This document shows positions 18,691 to 27,640 of a stretch of 64,000 nt of DNA, piece after piece. A program made the translations under genes and the position numbers. The DNA comes from Candidatus Versatilivorator sp. Its GTDB lineage: Bacteria; Acidobacteriota; Terriglobia; Versatilivoradales; Versatilivoraceae. The number at the start of each line of letters is the position of its first letter. Within the stretch, counting starts at the first letter, position 1. Location: the NCBI GenBank assembly GCA_965198125.1, contig CBDAOQ010000003.1, forward strand, positions 2,447,953-2,511,952. Direction: 5' to 3'. The notes under the pieces are model-generated. The model did not search any database and was not told the DNA's origin. It saw only the letters and a program-made list of their open reading frames with translations.

Positions 18691-19088
18691 TCTACCTCGA
18701 CACCTCTGTTGCACTCGCCCAGCTCCTGGCAGAAGATTGCCGTCCACCCGTCTCGCTTTGGAGCCAGACCCTGGTGGCCAGCCGGTTGATGGAGTACGAG
18801 GTCTGGACTCGGCTGCACGCGCGCCAGCTTGCCGATTCCCATGGCGAGGCGGCTCGCAGTCTCATCGGACGAGTCGCGTTTCTGGAGCTTGCTCCACCCG
18901 TGCTGGCGCGTGCGCGTGAGCCCTTTCCCGGGTCTGTTGCCGTACGCACACTCGATGCCTTGCATCTGGCGTCATGCGACTATTTGCGTAACCAAGGCCA
19001 GTCGATCGCACTGGCCAGCTACGACCGACGGATGATCGCTATCGCCCGCGCCATGAACATCTCTCTGTTCGACCTGGAAAACTCCTGA
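18687..19088 (+). CDS. vapC: PIN-domain toxin VapC
   Basis: 133 aa; IYLDTSV..., conserved acidic positions and LDALHLAS motif of the PIN domain; translationally coupled to the upstream antitoxin. Confidence 0.8.
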   Translation: MIYLDTSVALAQLLAEDCRPPVSLWSQTLVASRLMEYEVWTRLHARQLADSHGEAARSLIGRVAFLELAPPVLARAREPFPGSVAVRTLDALHLASCDYLRNQGQSIALASYDRRMIAIARAMNISLFDLENS

Positions 19089-19187
19089 ACCATGAATTCA
19101 CGATATCGTAAAGAGCAAGTCATTGATCTCAAATAATCTGGGGATTGCCGCCAATGCTCAATGCGCGGTTGGAGGATTGGCATCCTT

Positions 19188-19234
19188 GGGCGGGCAGACA
19201 AGCCACTGGTGTCTGTCCGCCCGCGATTTTACAT
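19188..19234 (+). terminator. Candidate rho-independent terminator after vapC
   Basis: Stem GGGCGGGCAGACA / TGTCTGTCCGCCC (13 bp) with a 9-nt loop, followed by GATTTTACATT. Confidence 0.4.
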
Positions 19235-19236
19235 TA

Positions 19237-19309
19237 GAGCCTTTTGCAAAATTCCGCAGATAGGGGAGGTGGAGAGTCCGGCGCTGCACGACGAATTTTG
19301 CAAAAGGCT
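19237..19309. mobile_element. Miniature (about 73 bp) derivative of the IS4/IS5-like IS found at 43325 and 51111: both terminal inverted repeats with only about 37 bp between them
   Basis: GAGCCTTTTGCAAAATTCCGCAG ... CGAATTTTGCAAAAGGCT matches the IR pair of the two full IS copies (GAGCCTTTTGCAAAATTCGCAG / CGAATTTTGCAAAAGGCTC). Confidence 0.5.
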
Positions 19310-19407
19310 AAATAGAGAGCTTCTTACCTCAGGGGGTGCGCTCCGTCCGAAAGGCAGCCGCCAACCGGTGGCTTCGGTCGGTCATACACGACCCGCATTG
19401 GAGAACC

Positions 19408-21468
19408 ATGTCCGTCCGAATCGGAGTCGACGTCGGGGGTACCTTTACCGACATCGTCTGCTTTGACGAGCACGGGGAGGACTTCAGGCTTCTGAAGGTC
19501 CCCAGCACCCCCGATCAGCCCAGCACGGCCGTCATCGAGGGGACCCGCCGGGTCTTGAGCCAATTCGGGATTCCCGCCGAGTCGGTGCGGTTCTTCATTC
19601 ATGGGACCACCGTGGCCACCAACACCATTCTGGAGCGCAAGGGAGCCGAGGTGGCCCTGCTGGTCACCGCCGGATTCCGGGACGTTCCCTACATCATGCG
19701 GCAGGACCGCCCCCGACTCTACGACTACTTCCAGCAGCGTCCCCAGCCCTTGATCCCCCGGGAGCGCCGCTTTGAAGTCCCGGAACGCATGCTGTACACG
19801 GGTCAGGTCAGCCTGCCGCTGCAGGAGGAGCCCACCCGCCAACTGCTGCGCCGGCTGAAGGAGCTGGAAGTCCGCGACATTGCCGTATGCCTGTTGCATT
19901 CCTACGTGAACCCCTCCCATGAGCGGTCGCTTCGGGACTGGATCGGTCAGGAGATCCCGGAGGCCCGGGTCTCCCTTTCTTCGGATATCCTGCCCGAGTT
20001 CAAGGAGTTCGAGAGATTGAGCACCACGGCCGTCAACGCCTACGTGCTGCCCTCGGTGGGCAGCTATCTCCGGCGACTGGAAGAGGGTCTGGCCTCTCTG
20101 AAAATTCCCTCGGGGCTCCATATCATGCAGTCCAACGGAGGCATCATGACCTCCGAGACCGCCCAGAGCCACTGTGTGCACATGGTGCTGTCGGGACCCG
20201 CCGCCGGAGCCCTGAGCGGACTGGTCCTGGGGCGGAAGGCGGGGCTGGACCACATCATTTCCATCGACGTGGGTGGCACCAGCGCCGACGTGGCCGTGGC
20301 CCGTGACGGCACCCTCCACTTTGCCGAAGAAAGCGAGATCGCCGGGCAGATCCTCAAGATCCCGGCCATTGATATCAATACGGTCGGCGCCGGCGGCGGC
20401 AGCATCGCCTGGGTCGATTCCGGGGGAGCCCTGCAGGTCGGTCCCCAGAGCGCCGGCGCCCATCCCGGACCCGCCTGCTACCGGCGGGGAGGCAGCCGGC
20501 CCACCGTTACCGATGCCAACGTGGTCCTGGGTCGATTGAATGCCTGCTACCTCCTGGGGGGCGAGATGGCCATCGATGGGGAGCTCTCCGCAAAAGCCAT
20601 CGGGGAGGGCGTTGCCACTCCCCTGGGTCTGGAGGTGGTGGAGGCGGCCGAAGGGATCATTCGGGTGATCAACGCCGTCATGGCCAAGGCCATTCGGAGG
20701 CTCTCGGTGGAGAAGGGCTACGACCCCAGGGAGTTCACCCTGGTCAGCTTTGGGGGCGGGGGGCCCCTGCATGCGGCCGAGCTGGCAGCCGATCTGCAGA
20801 TACCCCGGGTCCTGGTGCCGCCGGTCCCAGGAGTCAGTTCCGCCCTGGGTCTGATCACCGCCGACTTTCGCCACGACTATGTGCGCACCGTGCTGTGGAA
20901 GCAGCGGCAGGCCTCCCTGGGCCAATTCAAGGCCCTGTTGGGAGAAATGCAATCGGCGGCCCTGGCCCAGTTGCAAAAGGAAGGTGTCGCCTCGGACCTG
21001 GTGGCCTTTGTCACCGCCTCCGACCTCCGCTATGAAGGGCAGGGATTCTCCCTTCCCGCCTCGTTCGACCTGGAGGAACTCTCCGGTTGGACCGACCTGG
21101 GTCCCCTGATCCGACGATTCCACCAGCGGCACCAGGAAACCTACGGATACCACGACGATCGGGCCGCCATCGAAGTGGTCAACCTGCGGCTGGCAGCCAT
21201 CGGACGACTCTCGCCGGCAAACCTGAGCCGACTCCCCCGGAGGCAACCCGATCCGGGTCCGGCCCTGGCAGGACCCAGGAAGATCTACGTGGACGGCCGA
21301 TTCACCACCGCCAACGTCTACCGGCGCTCCGGACTGGGGTGGGGCTCGGTGGTGCGGGGGCCGGCCATCGTGGAGCAACTGGACTCGACCACCCTCATCC
21401 TGCCGGGCCAGCAGGCCGAAACCGATGAATTCGGCAATTTGATGATCACCTGGGAGAACCTCCAATGA
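19408..21468 (+). CDS. hyuA: Hydantoinase/oxoprolinase family subunit A (HyuA-type)
   Basis: MSVRIGVDVGGTFTDIV N-terminus of the hydantoinase A family; 687 aa; the track ORF begins 24 codons earlier at a non-conserved Met. Confidence 0.85.
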   Translation: MSVRIGVDVGGTFTDIVCFDEHGEDFRLLKVPSTPDQPSTAVIEGTRRVLSQFGIPAESVRFFIHGTTVATNTILERKGAEVALLVTAGFRDVPYIMRQDRPRLYDYFQQRPQPLIPRERRFEVPERMLYTGQVSLPLQEEPTRQLLRRLKELEVRDIAVCLLHSYVNPSHERSLRDWIGQEIPEARVSLSSDILPEFKEFERLSTTAVNAYVLPSVGSYLRRLEEGLASLKIPSGLHIMQSNGGIMTSETAQSHCVHMVLSGPAAGALSGLVLGRKAGLDHIISIDVGGTSADVAVARDGTLHFAEESEIAGQILKIPAIDINTVGAGGGSIAWVDSGGALQVGPQSAGAHPGPACYRRGGSRPTVTDANVVLGRLNACYLLGGEMAIDGELSAKAIGEGVATPLGLEVVEAAEGIIRVINAVMAKAIRRLSVEKGYDPREFTLVSFGGGGPLHAAELAADLQIPRVLVPPVPGVSSALGLITADFRHDYVRTVLWKQRQASLGQFKALLGEMQSAALAQLQKEGVASDLVAFVTASDLRYEGQGFSLPASFDLEELSGWTDLGPLIRRFHQRHQETYGYHDDRAAIEVVNLRLAAIGRLSPANLSRLPRRQPDPGPALAGPRKIYVDGRFTTANVYRRSGLGWGSVVRGPAIVEQLDSTTLILPGQQAETDEFGNLMITWENLQ

Positions 21469-23222
21469 GCGGCGCAAACCCGAGTTCCCAAGTCAAGACC
21501 GACCCCGTCACTCTGCAGGTCATGACCAATGCCATTTATTCGGTGGCCGATGAAATGGTGGCGGCTCTGATCCGGACCTCCTTCTCCACCAATATCAAGG
21601 ACCGCAGGGACTGCAGCGGCGCCGTCTTCACCCGGGACGGCCAACTGGTGGCCCAGGGCGAGGTGGGCACGCCGCTCCATCTGGGGGTGATGCTGCCGGC
21701 GGTTCAGACCGCCATTGCCGCCGTGCCCCCCGAGACCCTGGAGCCTGAGGACGACATCATCATCAACACTCCCTACCCCGAAGGCCCCGGCCACCTCAAC
21801 GATGTCACTCTGGTCTCGCCCGTCTTCGACGGCCCTCATCTGGTGGCCTACGTGGCCAACATGTCCCACCACGTGGATGTCGGCGGCTTCGCCCCCGGCA
21901 GCATGGCCTTCGGTGTCTGGGAGCACTTTCAGGAGGGTCTGCAGATCCCTCCCCTGAAGCTGGTCAAGCGGGGGCGCATCGACGAGGACCTGGTGAGACT
22001 CATCACCGCCAACCTGCGGACTCCGGTGGAGTTCCGGGGCGATCTGGCGGCCCAGATCGCAGCCAACAACGTGGGCGAAGAGCGGCTCCAGGGCCTCATG
22101 CGGAAGTACGGCCGTGAGGCGATGCTCCATTACATGAGCGAAATCATGGATTACTCGGAGCGGCGGCTTTCGGCAGCCATCCGGCAACTGCCCCGGGGAT
22201 CCTTTTCCTCGCAGGACTTCCTGGAAGGGGATGGACTCTCCACTGAAAAAATCGCCATTCGAGTGACGGTCACCGTTCAAGAGTCCGAGCTGGTGGCCGA
22301 CTTCCGGGAGAGCGATCCCCAGGCCCTGGGTCCCATCAACTGCCGTCCGCCCTCGGTGAAGGCCTGCGCCTACTATCTGGCCAAGGCGCTTCTGGATCCG
22401 GGCTTGCCCCCCAATTCAGGAGCCTTTCGCCCGATCCGGGTGCTGACCAAACCCGGCACGCTCATGGAGGTTCAATTTCCCGGAGCTCTCTGCAACGCCA
22501 ACATCGTGACCACCCAAAGAATCGTGGATGCCCTCATGGGAGCCTTTCTCCAGATCATTCCCGAGCGGGCCGCGGCCGCCTGCTCGGGGACCATGAACCT
22601 GCTGAACATCGGTGGCCGCAACCCCCGCAGCGGGGCCCTGTTCAATTACATCGAGACCTACGGCGGCGGCCAGGGAGCCCTGGTGGACCGTGACGGCACC
22701 TCGGCGGTGCAGATGCACATGACCAACACCCGCAACGCCCCGGTCGAGGTGATCGAATCGACCTATCCCTTCTTCATCCACGGCTACGGCCTGGTCCCCG
22801 ACAGCGCCGGGGCCGGTGAGTTCAGGGGAGGCTACGGCATGCGGCGGGAGTTTGAAATCGAAGCCGAGAGAGTGACGGTCACTCTCAGCTCGGATCGGTT
22901 CGAGCTGGCTCCCTGGGGAGTCTTCGGCGGCCTCAGCGCTTCCACCGGCGACTGCAAGGTGGTCCTGCCGGACGGGTCGGTGGAGCAGCTCCCTTCCAAG
23001 GTGACTCGGGTCCTGACCAAGGGGTCCCGATTGATCAGCACCACTCCGGGCGGCGGGGGATGGGGAAACCCCTGCCGGCGGCCTCCGGAAAAGGTCCGTC
23101 AGGACGTGGTTCAACAACTGGTGTCTCGGGAGTCGGCGCTGAAGAATTATGGAGTCGTGCTCAAGGAGGATCTGACCCTGGATCGGCAGGCCACCGCCCG
23201 GGAGAGGGACCGTCGTGGATGA
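21465..23222 (+). CDS. hyuB: Hydantoinase B/oxoprolinase family subunit (HyuB-type)
   Basis: DPVTLQVMTNAIYSVADEM...RDCSGAVF motifs of hydantoinase B; ATGA overlap with hyuA. Confidence 0.85.
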   Translation: MSGANPSSQVKTDPVTLQVMTNAIYSVADEMVAALIRTSFSTNIKDRRDCSGAVFTRDGQLVAQGEVGTPLHLGVMLPAVQTAIAAVPPETLEPEDDIIINTPYPEGPGHLNDVTLVSPVFDGPHLVAYVANMSHHVDVGGFAPGSMAFGVWEHFQEGLQIPPLKLVKRGRIDEDLVRLITANLRTPVEFRGDLAAQIAANNVGEERLQGLMRKYGREAMLHYMSEIMDYSERRLSAAIRQLPRGSFSSQDFLEGDGLSTEKIAIRVTVTVQESELVADFRESDPQALGPINCRPPSVKACAYYLAKALLDPGLPPNSGAFRPIRVLTKPGTLMEVQFPGALCNANIVTTQRIVDALMGAFLQIIPERAAAACSGTMNLLNIGGRNPRSGALFNYIETYGGGQGALVDRDGTSAVQMHMTNTRNAPVEVIESTYPFFIHGYGLVPDSAGAGEFRGGYGMRREFEIEAERVTVTLSSDRFELAPWGVFGGLSASTGDCKVVLPDGSVEQLPSKVTRVLTKGSRLISTTPGGGGWGNPCRRPPEKVRQDVVQQLVSRESALKNYGVVLKEDLTLDRQATARERDRRG

Positions 23223-23275
23223 GGGGACAACCGCGCCCGTCAAACAGCGCCGGCCCGGCCGGCCCGGGGGAGACC

Positions 23276-24043
23276 ATGAAAATCCTGGTTTTGAATCCTT
23301 TCGCAGGCGGCATGCAGGAGCTGGAGCGGTGCCGGCAGGTGGCGGGACCGGACACCGAAATCGTGTTCGAGGACATTTCCGATGTCTATCCCTTGAGCTA
23401 CGTCACCTACATCTACTATCGCCACCGCTGCGCCGACGCCGTGGCCGAGCGGGCCTGCCGGGCCCAGGAGGAAGGCTTCGACGCCCTGTTCATCTGTTGC
23501 TGCTACGATCCGGGCCTGTGGGAAGCCCGCGAGCTGGTGGACATCCCGGTGACGGCGGCCTTCGAGGCCGGATGCCACTACGCCAACGCCATCTCTCAGA
23601 GATACTCGGTCATTGCCACCGAATACAAGACGGTGCACTGCTACCGCGAGCTGGCTCAACTCTACGGGGCCGGCTCCAAGCTGGCCTCGGTGAGGCATAT
23701 CCACCTGTCGGCCAGGGAGTCCTATCCGGATCGCACCGATCCCAAGGAGGTGGTGGCGCGGACGCTGGAGGTGGCTCAGAAGTGCGTGGAGGAGGACGGG
23801 GCCGAAGCCATCCTCATGGGTTGCACCCTGCAGAGCTGCCCGCTGACGGTCACCGGCGTGGACGATTCACTGGGCGCCCCCATCATTGACCCCGTGCTGG
23901 TGGGCGTCAAATTCACCGAGTTCATGGTGGAGGCCAGGCGGGCGGGATTACCGGTATTGAGTCGTTTCGGTACCTGGCAGAAGCCGCCGCGGGACGAGGT
24001 GGAGATACTGCGGCAGGCAAGGGTGCGGGCCGGGAGCGGCTAA
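23276..24043 (+). CDS. Asp/Glu/hydantoin racemase superfamily protein (hydantoin racemase-like)
   Basis: MKILVLNPF...GFDALFICCCYDPGL...EAILMGCT pattern with two catalytic Cys regions, typical of PF01177; GGGGGA 6 nt upstream of the ATG. Confidence 0.7.
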   Translation: MKILVLNPFAGGMQELERCRQVAGPDTEIVFEDISDVYPLSYVTYIYYRHRCADAVAERACRAQEEGFDALFICCCYDPGLWEARELVDIPVTAAFEAGCHYANAISQRYSVIATEYKTVHCYRELAQLYGAGSKLASVRHIHLSARESYPDRTDPKEVVARTLEVAQKCVEEDGAEAILMGCTLQSCPLTVTGVDDSLGAPIIDPVLVGVKFTEFMVEARRAGLPVLSRFGTWQKPPRDEVEILRQARVRAGSG

Positions 24044-24084
24044 CCCGCGGGTCTGAAAAGGAGTCCACGACGAGCGGGAAGGGG

Positions 24085-24119
24085 AAAAGAGTTATCCACG
24101 AAGGGCCACGAAGAAAGCC
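24085..24119. repeat. Copy of an intergenic repeat family with CCACGAAGGGCCAC core
   Basis: AAAAGAGTTATCCACGAAGGGCCACGAAGAAAGCC. Close copies at 36380-36420 and 36550-36590, and in inverse orientation at 61727-61850. Confidence 0.45.
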
Positions 24120-24181
24120 TGGAAAAATGAATTTCTATGTCGCCAAGCGTCGGCGGCTAAATCCTACCGGTCGCCGAGTCT

Positions 24182-24517
24182 TTAGCCGACGGTATTTCCA
24201 ACTGCCTCTTTTACTGTCTCAGCAATCCAGGCGTTAAGGCTTTTGCCCTGGATCCTGGCGGCCGCGGCCGCGGCCCGATGGACCTCCGGCGGGAGTCGGA
24301 GGGGGATCTTGCCGGAAAACGGTTTGTCCGGCGTTCTTCCGCGTTCTTCGCAGGCCTTCAGGTAGTCATCGATCGAGAATATGAACTCCTTCTTGAGTTG
24401 AGCGACAGAGGTGCCCTCGAAAACAATGACGTCTCTGGTGTTCACCACTTCTCCATGGAAGACATCGGCCTCGTCTTCGAAAGTCACTACCGCCCGGTAT
24501 CCCTTGTATTCCATCAT
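24182..24517 (-). CDS. hicB: HicB-family antitoxin (HicB_lk_antitox with C-terminal RHH)
   Basis: MMEYKGYRAVVTFEDEADVFHGEV...SIDDYLKACEERG...KPFSGK...GKSLNAWIAE. Confidence 0.8.
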   Translation of the reverse strand: MMEYKGYRAVVTFEDEADVFHGEVVNTRDVIVFEGTSVAQLKKEFIFSIDDYLKACEERGRTPDKPFSGKIPLRLPPEVHRAAAAAARIQGKSLNAWIAETVKEAVGNTVG

Positions 24518-24699
24518 GGTTCTATCCCTGCCTCCTTCAGGAATCGCCTGACTGCGTCCACAACTCCCTTGCGCGCTTCTTTCCCGGGATGGGGTCTGTG
24601 GAAGTGACCCACCCTGTTATTCAATTCGACGTAGACCCTGGAGCCTGCCCGTTCCTCGATGTAGGCACCACAGGCCGAGAACAAAGACTCGATATCAGC
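24514..24699 (-). pseudogene. hicA: hicA toxin remnant, 5' truncated (no start codon); upstream region occupied by a MITE
   Basis: Frame reads ADIESLFSACGAYIEERAGSRVYVELNNRVGHFHRPHPGKEARKGVVDAVRRFLKEAGIEP* with the HicA GSH..V...HP.KE motif region; stop overlaps the hicB start; in-frame TGA at 24700-24702 and no Met. Confidence 0.6.
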
Positions 24700-24728
24700 T
24701 CAGTTGATACCTGATTGCTAGGAGAGTA

Positions 24729-24844
24729 GGGGACGTTGTTGAATTACTGGAATAACTACGATCAGCCGCTCCTGAATTGCTTTTATTCAATCACGTCACC
24801 TACGCGCTCTTTACAAGTTATTCCAGTAATTCAACAACGTCCCC
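24729..24844. mobile_element. 116-bp MITE with perfect 29-bp terminal inverted repeats GGGGACGTTGTTGAATTACTGGAATAACT
   Basis: TIR at 24729-24757 and its exact reverse complement at 24816-24844. Same termini as the 212-bp element at 47905-48116 and the element hosting an IS at 43309-45008. Confidence 0.7.
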
Positions 24845-24964
24845 AGCTCAAACTTTCAATCAGTGATTGAAATTGAAGGCATCCGCTGCTTGCATCGGTG
24901 ACAGCGTTGATCGTGATTCGGTTGACACTCTTGCCTTTGTAGCTATATTATTGTAGTTACAACG

Positions 24965-25254
24965 ATGGGACCATTGCGCTGGACATGGAACGAGAACAAG
25001 AACCGCATCAACCGGCGGAAGCATGGTCTCAGCTTCGAGACCGCTACGCTTGTGTTCGAGGACCCGTTGATGGCGCAACTGCCGGGTCCGGACGAAGACA
25101 GATGGCTGACTAAGCGATCGGTAATGTGGTAGTCATCGTGGCTCACACATTGCCACTACCGCAACCCGGAACAGACACCGTGGTGGGGCGTATCATCAGC
25201 GCCCGGAAAGCCACGGCGCATGAAAGGAGGGCCTATGAAGAAGGAGACTTCTAG
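24965..25254 (+). pseudogene. brnT: BrnT (DUF497) toxin gene with a frameshift near 25105-25115
   Basis: Frame 1: MGPLRWTWNENKNRINRRKHGLSFETATLVFEDPLMAQLPGPDEDRWLTKRSVMW*. Shifted frame continues IGNVVVIVAHTLPLPQPGTDTVVGRIISARKATAHERRAYEEGDF* (canonical BrnT C-terminus) and overlaps the brnA start. Confidence 0.55.
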
Positions 25255-25525
25255 AGAACTCACCAAGCAGCAGAAGGCGGAGATCGAAGCTCTTGCGGCC
25301 CTTCCCGACAAGAGAATCGATACGAGCGACATTCCTGAGATTCTGGATTGGTCCGGTGCCAGAGGAGGAACCCTGTATCGGCCGGTGAAACAACAGATTA
25401 CGCTAAGGCTGGATGCCGACGTGGTGGCGTGGTTCAAGACCAACGCCCCTGGTGGACGGGGGTACCAGACTGAAATCAACCGTGTGCTTCGCGAACACGC
25501 CAAAATGGCTTTGCACCGTACTTGA
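25220..25525 (+). CDS. brnA: BrnA antitoxin
   Basis: YRPVKQQITLRLDADVVAWFKTNAPGGRGYQTEINRVLREH matches the BrnA_antitoxin family. Confidence 0.7.
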   Translation: MKGGPMKKETSRELTKQQKAEIEALAALPDKRIDTSDIPEILDWSGARGGTLYRPVKQQITLRLDADVVAWFKTNAPGGRGYQTEINRVLREHAKMALHRT

Positions 25526-25535
25526 GTTCTGTGCT

Positions 25536-26882
25536 CTATCGCAGCCCGTTGCCCGGAATCCAGTCGGTTCCGGCTAGCGGAATCTTGGCCATGGCCGCCG
25601 CTTCCACCGTGAGTGCGACCAGGTCTTCCCGCTCCAGGTGGTGGACGTTGGACTTGCCGCAGGCCCTGGCCAGGGTGGTCAACTCCATGGTGAGGGTCTG
25701 CAGGTAGTTCTTCAGGCGGCGGGCCCCCCAATCCGGCTGCATTCGCTTTTCCAGCTCCGGGATCTGGGTGGTCACGCCCACCGGACACAGCCCCGTATGA
25801 CAGTGGTGGCAGTAGCCGGGCGCGGTGCCCAGCTTGCCGTACTCATCGCTGACGTCCACCGGCTCCCGGCCGTCGAAGTAAGAGCGGCTGTTGCAGCCCA
25901 GCGCCATCAGCACGGCCTGGCCCAGAGAGACGGCGTCCGCCCCCATGGCCAGAGCCTTGGCCACGTCGGCCCCGCTGCGAATCCCCCCGGAAACCACCAG
26001 TTGCACCTCTCCCAGGACATCCATTTCGTCCAGAGCCTCCACCGCCTGCCGCAATGCCGGCAGGGTGGGAATCCCCGCATGCTCGATAAACACCTGCTGG
26101 GTGGCTGCCGTCCCCCCCTGCATGCCGTCCACCACCACCACGTCGGCTCCGGCCTTGACCGCCAGCTTGACGTCGTCCCGCACCCGGGTGGCTCCCAGCT
26201 TGATGTAGATCGGGACCTGCCAATCGGTGATTTCCCGCAGCTCGTTGATCTTGATGGTCAGGTCGTCGGGCCCGGTCCAATCGGGATGGCGGCAGGCCGA
26301 GCGCTGATCGATGCCCTCGGGCAGGGTCCTCATTCGGGCCACCCGCGGGCTGACCTTGAGCCCCAGCAGCATGCCGCCCCCGCCGGGCTTGGCCCCCTGG
26401 CCGATCACGATCTCAATGGCGTCGGCCTGCCTCAGATCCTGGGGATTGAACCCGTAGCGAGAGGGCAGGCACTGGTAGACCAGCGTCTTGGATGAAGCTC
26501 GCTCCTCCGGGGTCATGCCCCCGTCGCCGGTGGTGGTGGAGGTGCCCACCTCGGAGGCTGCCCGGCCGATGGCTTCCTTGACGTTGGCCGAAAGCGAGCC
26601 GAAGCTCATGCCGGCGATGGTGATGGGGGTGTCCAGGGTGACGGGCTTGGCGGCCCGCCGGGTGCCGAGGACGGTCCGGGTGAGGCACTTCTCCCGGTAA
26701 CCTTCCAGGGGATAGCGGGAGGCCGAGGCCGTCAGGAACACGAGGTCGTCGAAATGGGGCACCTTTCTCTTGGCGCCTAACCCGCGGATATCGTAGAGGC
26801 CCTGCTCGGCCGCCCGTTGAATGTACCGCAGGACCTGCCGGTCGTAGAGAGAGCTCTCTTCCAGATCGAGGTGCTTGCTCAT
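25536..26882 (-). CDS. mgsC: Glutamate-synthase-like FMN-binding subunit (GltB central domain 2); N-methylglutamate synthase subunit C-like
   Basis: 448 aa; PF01645-type motifs (GMSFGSLS, VVVDGMQGGTAA, VSGGIRSGADVAKALAMGAD) plus a C-terminal Cys cluster CHHCHTGLCP; last gene of the cluster. Confidence 0.75.
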   Translation of the reverse strand: MSKHLDLEESSLYDRQVLRYIQRAAEQGLYDIRGLGAKRKVPHFDDLVFLTASASRYPLEGYREKCLTRTVLGTRRAAKPVTLDTPITIAGMSFGSLSANVKEAIGRAASEVGTSTTTGDGGMTPEERASSKTLVYQCLPSRYGFNPQDLRQADAIEIVIGQGAKPGGGGMLLGLKVSPRVARMRTLPEGIDQRSACRHPDWTGPDDLTIKINELREITDWQVPIYIKLGATRVRDDVKLAVKAGADVVVVDGMQGGTAATQQVFIEHAGIPTLPALRQAVEALDEMDVLGEVQLVVSGGIRSGADVAKALAMGADAVSLGQAVLMALGCNSRSYFDGREPVDVSDEYGKLGTAPGYCHHCHTGLCPVGVTTQIPELEKRMQPDWGARRLKNYLQTLTMELTTLARACGKSNVHHLEREDLVALTVEAAAMAKIPLAGTDWIPGNGLR

Positions 26883-26926
26883 GGCTTGGCGAACCCCGCC
26901 GGCCTCCGGGTCATCCCCTGTTTCGG

Positions 26927-27640
26927 TCAGTATTGTTGTTCGGCATCCACGTTCCAGTGATAGAGCGTCTTGGCGGAGGCCACCCGCTTGAATTCCCGGG
27001 GGGAACAGTCCAGGCCTGTTCGGCTCAGCAGTTGCCCGACCCTGCTGTAGTCGCTCTCGGCCATGGGCTCTTCCCGGGCATCGGCGCCCAGTGAGTGAAT
27101 CCTGCCCCGGACATAGATCACGGCTTCATAGAGGGAATCGCCCAGCCCGGCGCCGGCGTCTCCGCAAATGACCAGGTGACCGGCCTGGGCCATGAAGGCG
27201 GACATGTGGCCCACGTGGCCTCCCACCACGATGTCGCCGCCTTTCAGGGAGATGCCGCAGCGGGAGGAGGCGCTTCCCTCGATGAACAGCAGGCCCCCGT
27301 GGGCCGAGGCCCCGGCGCATTGGGAGGCGAATCCCTTGACCCGCACCTCTCCCGACATCATGTTTTCCCCGACGCTCCAGCCCACGTTTCCGTGGACCAC
27401 GATCCGGGCCTGCCGGTTCATGCCTCCCAGGAAATAGCCGGCGTGGCCCCGGACATCGACCTGAACCGGTGCATCCAGGCCCACGGCGATGTTGTGAAGC
27501 CCGTTGGGGTTGAGGATCTCGACCCTGGAGAGGGACTTGGCCCCGATTTCATGATGCAGGGTGTGGTTGAGCTGGCGGACCGACAGCTTCTCCAGGTCCA
27601 GAGACTCCAAGTCCAGAGATTCCAGGTCTAGAGGCTCCAC
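26927..27640 (-). CDS. mgsB: Glutamate-synthase-like GXGXG-domain subunit (GltB domain 3); N-methylglutamate synthase subunit B-like
   Basis: VVHGNVGWSVGENMMSGEVRVKGFASQCAGASAHGGLLFIEGSAS...GGDIVVGGHVG GXGXG repeats. GTG start with GGAGG 10 nt upstream, overlapping the mgsA stop; the track ORF extends further upstream through stop-free GC-rich sequence. Confidence 0.7.
   Translation of the reverse strand: MEPLDLESLDLESLDLEKLSVRQLNHTLHHEIGAKSLSRVEILNPNGLHNIAVGLDAPVQVDVRGHAGYFLGGMNRQARIVVHGNVGWSVGENMMSGEVRVKGFASQCAGASAHGGLLFIEGSASSRCGISLKGGDIVVGGHVGHMSAFMAQAGHLVICGDAGAGLGDSLYEAVIYVRGRIHSLGADAREEPMAESDYSRVGQLLSRTGLDCSPREFKRVASAKTLYHWNVDAEQQY

Noticed and set aside
24060-24120. CCACGAAGGGCCAC repeats as rho-independent terminators
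   Set aside because: No stable hairpin followed by a U-tract in either orientation; treated as a dispersed repeat family of unknown role.
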